Positions 33,005 through 36,808 of a DNA stretch of 36,808 bases are shown one piece after another (position 1 is the stretch's first letter; every line of letters starts with the position of its first letter). The translations under genes and the position numbers were made by a program. Origin of the DNA: Octopus bimaculoides (Eukaryota); NCBI RefSeq assembly GCF_001194135.2, contig NC_068989.1:88960830-88997637 (forward strand), read 5' to 3'. The notes under the pieces were generated by a model. It searched no databases and was not told the DNA's origin. It was given only the letters and a program-made list of their open reading frames with translations.

Positions 33005-33294
33005 GTCTATGGACCTTGATAAGAAGTTTGCAAATCTCAAATTGGATTTGCAAAATCTTACCCCTTATTATTGGAACAACAGGATACAGAGCAATGTATG
33101 GCTGAATTTGTGTTCTTGAGGAGAGAATGCAAGCCCTTAGCTCATACGCTACAAATGATCACGGTATCTAGAACAATTAAAATCTGCAAGACCTTAAGAT
33201 TTAAAGGATGAAGAACAAAACAAGATGCTTTCTTTCACAGCCTTGCTACCAAGCAGGGGACCGGTGAAAATTAACTCAAAATTAAGAAGAGGCA

Positions 33295-33515
33295 ACACTC
33301 GCGCGCGCACTCAGACACACGCGCAAACACATACACATATACGCATACACGCGCGCAAGAACGTATACACACACACGTGTGCGCGAACGTATACATACAC
33401 ACACACGCACTCACACAAAAACGCACACGCGCGCGCACACGCGCGCGCACACACAAACATATATACATACACACACATACACGCACACGCACGCACGCAC
33501 ACACAGAGGAACATA
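33295..33515. repeat. (CA)/(CG) compound microsatellite
   Basis: Alternating purine-pyrimidine tract including GCGCGCGC runs. Confidence 0.9.
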
Positions 33516-33983
33516 CATAGATTTAAGAAGAAGAATATGTACTGGTGTGGATTTGTTCCACTAAAACTCTTCAAGGCGGTGCCCCAGCTTGGCCACAGTC
33601 CAATCACGTAAAAGAAAATAAAAGAAGACGGTTTGCAAATCCAGCGACCTCTAAAAAANNNNNNNNNNNNNNNNNNNNNNNNNNNNNNNNNNNNNNNNNN
33701 NNNNNNNNNNNNNNNNNNNNNNNNNNNNNNNNNNNNNNNNNNNNNNNNNNNNNNNNNNNNNNNNNNNNNNNNNNNNNNNNNNNNNNNNNNNNNNNNNNNN
33801 NNNNNNNNNNNNNNNNNNNNNNNNNNNNNNNNNNNNNNNNNNNNNNNNNNNNNAGAACGTAACGGCAGACGAAATACCGCTAAGCATCTCGCCCGGCGTG
33901 CTAACGTTTCTGCCATCTTGCCGCCTTCCGCGTGATAAATATTATCTAAGTTAGTCTGAGCATATTTAATTCAGGGATCACGT

Positions 33984-34303
33984 GAAGGCACGTGGCTTAG
34001 TGGTTAAGGTATTAGGCTAATGATCGTATGGCTGCGAGTTCGATACCCAGCAGTGCGTTGTGTACTTGAACAAGACATTTTATTTCACTTTGCTCCCGTC
34101 CAATCAACTGGTAAAAACGCGTAGTAGCTGTATTTAAAAGGGACCAGCCCTGTCACATTCTGTGTCACGCTGAATCGCCCTGAGAACTACGTTAGAGGCA
34201 GGCGCATCTGTGGAAGTGCTCAGCCACTTGCACGTTAATTTCACGAGCAAACCGTTCCGTTGATCAGATCAACTGGAACCCAGTTGATCCGTAACCGACG
34301 GAG
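33984..34303 (+). mobile_element. SINE head C + tail zeta
   Basis: Homolog of 25584-25887. Confidence 0.9.
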
Positions 34304-34579
34304 AACCACGAATGCAGGGACCATAAAAAAATTAACTAAAAGGCTGAAGACAAGTACCATTTCTAACTCCCAAAATATATTTGTGCCTTTTTTCTTTTTT
34401 TTTCTTTTCTTTTCTTTTTTTTTTGCTTTTGTCCCTATTGATTGAAATATAAAAATCACAGTTTGCTTCCATGTAATTCTTTCATCACCTTGATATTTTA
34501 CCACGTAGATACAAAGCGAACTACACAGCTCTGCTCGTATATACATGCATAACTAATTGTTATGTAATCGTTACAGAAG

Positions 34580-34860
34580 CAGACAGAAATCTCAGAGTGC
34601 AACACACCTTTACACCAAACCAACGACCCATCAACACTTCAAAGAACCCAACTTGCCTGAACTGATGCAGCGTTGTCCTGCGTCCAGTGAGAACAAAAGC
34701 AATTTCGTTCTTCGATTCAAAATCCTGCGGCCCAACACAGCCAGAAAGCTTGCTGTCAGATTCGGTAAACTCCCAGTCGGATGTTACACGAATCCAAAAC
34801 CACATGACCATAGAGATGTAAGACACACCATCATTCATTCTGAATGTTTGTCCAATCATC
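34580..34860 (-). mobile_element. Possible highly decayed RTE-like ORF2 fragment
   Basis: Minus-strand frames give RVTSD, YRI*QQAF and RRILNRRTKLLLF in the order expected for the post-RT region of RTE ORF2 (LGSxVTSD...RRI...AF...LSRRTKLxLY), but several frameshifts are needed. Confidence 0.3.
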
Positions 34861-35109
34861 TTTAATCTTATTTAGTCTGTCACACTAATCTTATCATTTT
34901 CTTATCAAGAGATGCTTCTGATATATTGCTCGTGCCCACACGAGAGAAAATACTTGATCGTTCATCTACAGGCTTCACCGTGATTATAAACGCTACGACC
35001 TTCCACAATCACAAGCTGAGAGCTCAGCTAAATATGGCCATACTAAACCATTCACACATAAACATACATACCCATATCCGTCATCATCATCATCATCATC
35101 ATCATACAT

Positions 35110-35263
35110 TCTGAACTTAATTCCCACGGAGGTCAACTTTGCCCTTCATCGTCATCTGAAGGTCGATAAAATAAAGTACCATTAAAGTAGCGAACTCGGC
35201 AGTATCGATAGATAACCCCTCCCCTCAAAGCTGCACGAATTGTGCCAAAATTAGGAACCATTA
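35110..35263 (+). mobile_element. Degraded SINE head B 3' half + tail epsilon
   Basis: GAGGTCAACTTTGCCCTTCATC...GTCGATAAAATAAAGTACC...GTGCCAAAATTAGGAACCATT. Confidence 0.65.
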
Positions 35264-35279
35264 AGAGTGGTAGTGCGTC

Positions 35280-35321
35280 ACTACTACCACCACCGCTACT
35301 CCAACTACTACTACTACTCCA

Positions 35322-35397
<76 letters not shown>

Positions 35398-35410
35398 CTG
35401 CTACTTCTGC
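35280..35410. repeat. (CTA)n to (CTG)n trinucleotide repeat
   Basis: Directly visible. Confidence 0.92.
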
Positions 35411-36323
35411 TGTTATAGAAAGCCGCAACGCTATTTTTGAATTCATAAAAAATATTTCATTATCACTTTACATGCATTGTTTTTGAGGGGAGATTTTTTT
35501 TTGTTTTTTGTGTTTGTTTCTATTAGTAAATCTTTTNNNNNNNNNNNNNNNNNNNNNNNNNNNNNNNNNNNNNNNNNNNNNNNNNNNNNNNNNNNNNNNN
35601 NNNNNNNNNNNNNNNNNNNNNNNNNNNNNNNNNNNNNNNNNNNNNNNNNNNNNNNNNNNNNNNNNNNNNNNNNNNNNNNNNNNNNNNNNNNNNNNNNNNN
35701 NNNNNNNNNNNNNNNNNNNNNNNNNNNNNNNNNNNNNNNNNNNNNNNNNNNNNNNNNNNNNNNNNNNNNNNNNNNNNNNNNNNNNNNNNNNNNNNNNNNN
35801 NNNNNNNNNNNNNNNNNNNNNNNNNNNNNNNNNNNNNNNNNNNNNNNNNNNNNNNNNNNNNNNNNNNNNNNNNNNNNNNNNNNNNNNNNNNNNNNNNNNN
35901 NNNNNNNNNNNNNNNNNNNNNNNNNNNNNNNNNNNNNNNNNNNNNNNNNNNNNNNNNNNNNNNNNNNNNNNNNNNNNNNNNNNNNNNNNNNNNNNNNNNN
36001 NNNNNNNNNNNNNNNNNNNNNNNNNNNNNNNNNNNNNNNNNNNNNNNNNNNNNNNNNNNNNNNNNNNNNNNNNNNNNNNNNNNNNNNNNNNNNNNNNNNN
36101 NNNNNNNNNNNNNNNNNNNNNNNNNNNNNNNNNNNNNNNNNNNNNNNNNNNNNNNNNNNNNNNNNNNNNNNNNNNNNNNNNNNNNNNNNNNNNNNNNNNN
36201 NNNNNNNNNNNNNNNNNNNNNNNNNNNNNNNNNNNNNNNNNNNNNNNNNNNNNNNNNNNNNNNNNNNNNNNNNNNNNNNNNNNNNNNNNNNNNNNNNNNN
36301 NNNNNNNNNNNNNNNNNNNNNNN

Positions 36324-36386
<63 letters not shown>

Positions 36387-36628
36387 CGATCGATCGATCG
36401 ACTCTATCCTTCTATCCCTCTATTTACCTATCAATCAGTCTTTCCGTCTATTTATCTATGTTTCTCTGCCTGTTTATCTATATATCTATCTATATCTATT
36501 CATCTAAGTTTTTTTCTGCTTGTCTATTTATCTGTCTGTCTGTATGTATTACGTATGTATGTCTGTTTGTCTGTATGTATGTCTATCTATTTATCTATTC
36601 ATCTAATTACCTATCTATGTGCCTGTCT

Positions 36629-36686
<58 letters not shown>

Positions 36687-36808
36687 GTCTGTCTTTCTGT
36701 CTGTCTATCTAGCCATCTATTTATCTGGCTTCTACCTACCTACCTACCTACCTACCTACCTATCTACCAACCATTCTGTCTGTTGTCTATCTATCTATCT
36801 ATCTATCT
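36324..36808. repeat. (TC)n followed by (TATC)/(TGTC)/(TACC) tetranucleotide arrays
   Basis: Directly visible. Confidence 0.95.

Noticed and set aside
33908-33930. GCCATCTTG YY1-like motif
   Set aside because: It is a variant of the reverse-complemented head-B SINE start.

Overview
This is AT-rich, microsatellite-dense eukaryotic DNA with six N-gaps, five of them next to simple repeats. The tRNA-derived SINE complement looks like an octopod cephalopod genome; this is recognition from memory, not a database search. One protein-coding gene is well supported: a + strand CYSTM1-like gene with coding exons 14872-15212 and 18994-19096, giving a 147-aa protein with a P/Q/Y/G-rich N-terminus and a Cys-rich membrane anchor. 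It needs an upstream non-coding exon, possibly near 9.1-9.4 kb. The rest is mostly mobile DNA: about 30 SINE copies built from interchangeable head and tail modules, a decayed Gag/ORF1-like (CCHC) retroelement that runs straight into a poly(A) end with no ORF2, RTE-LINE remnants, a decayed Tc1/mariner transposase, an intact hAT MITE with an 8-bp TSD, pogo/Tigger-like MITE pieces, and a ~570-bp element bracketed by (TAA)n. Most ORFs in the supplied track are artefacts of microsatellites, SINEs or N-gaps. The most interesting signal is a 3' tail shared by the ORF1-only element, one SINE subfamily and a short truncated insert, which suggests a LINE/half-LINE/SINE partner system. I see no evidence for a prokaryotic-type system such as CRISPR or an operon.
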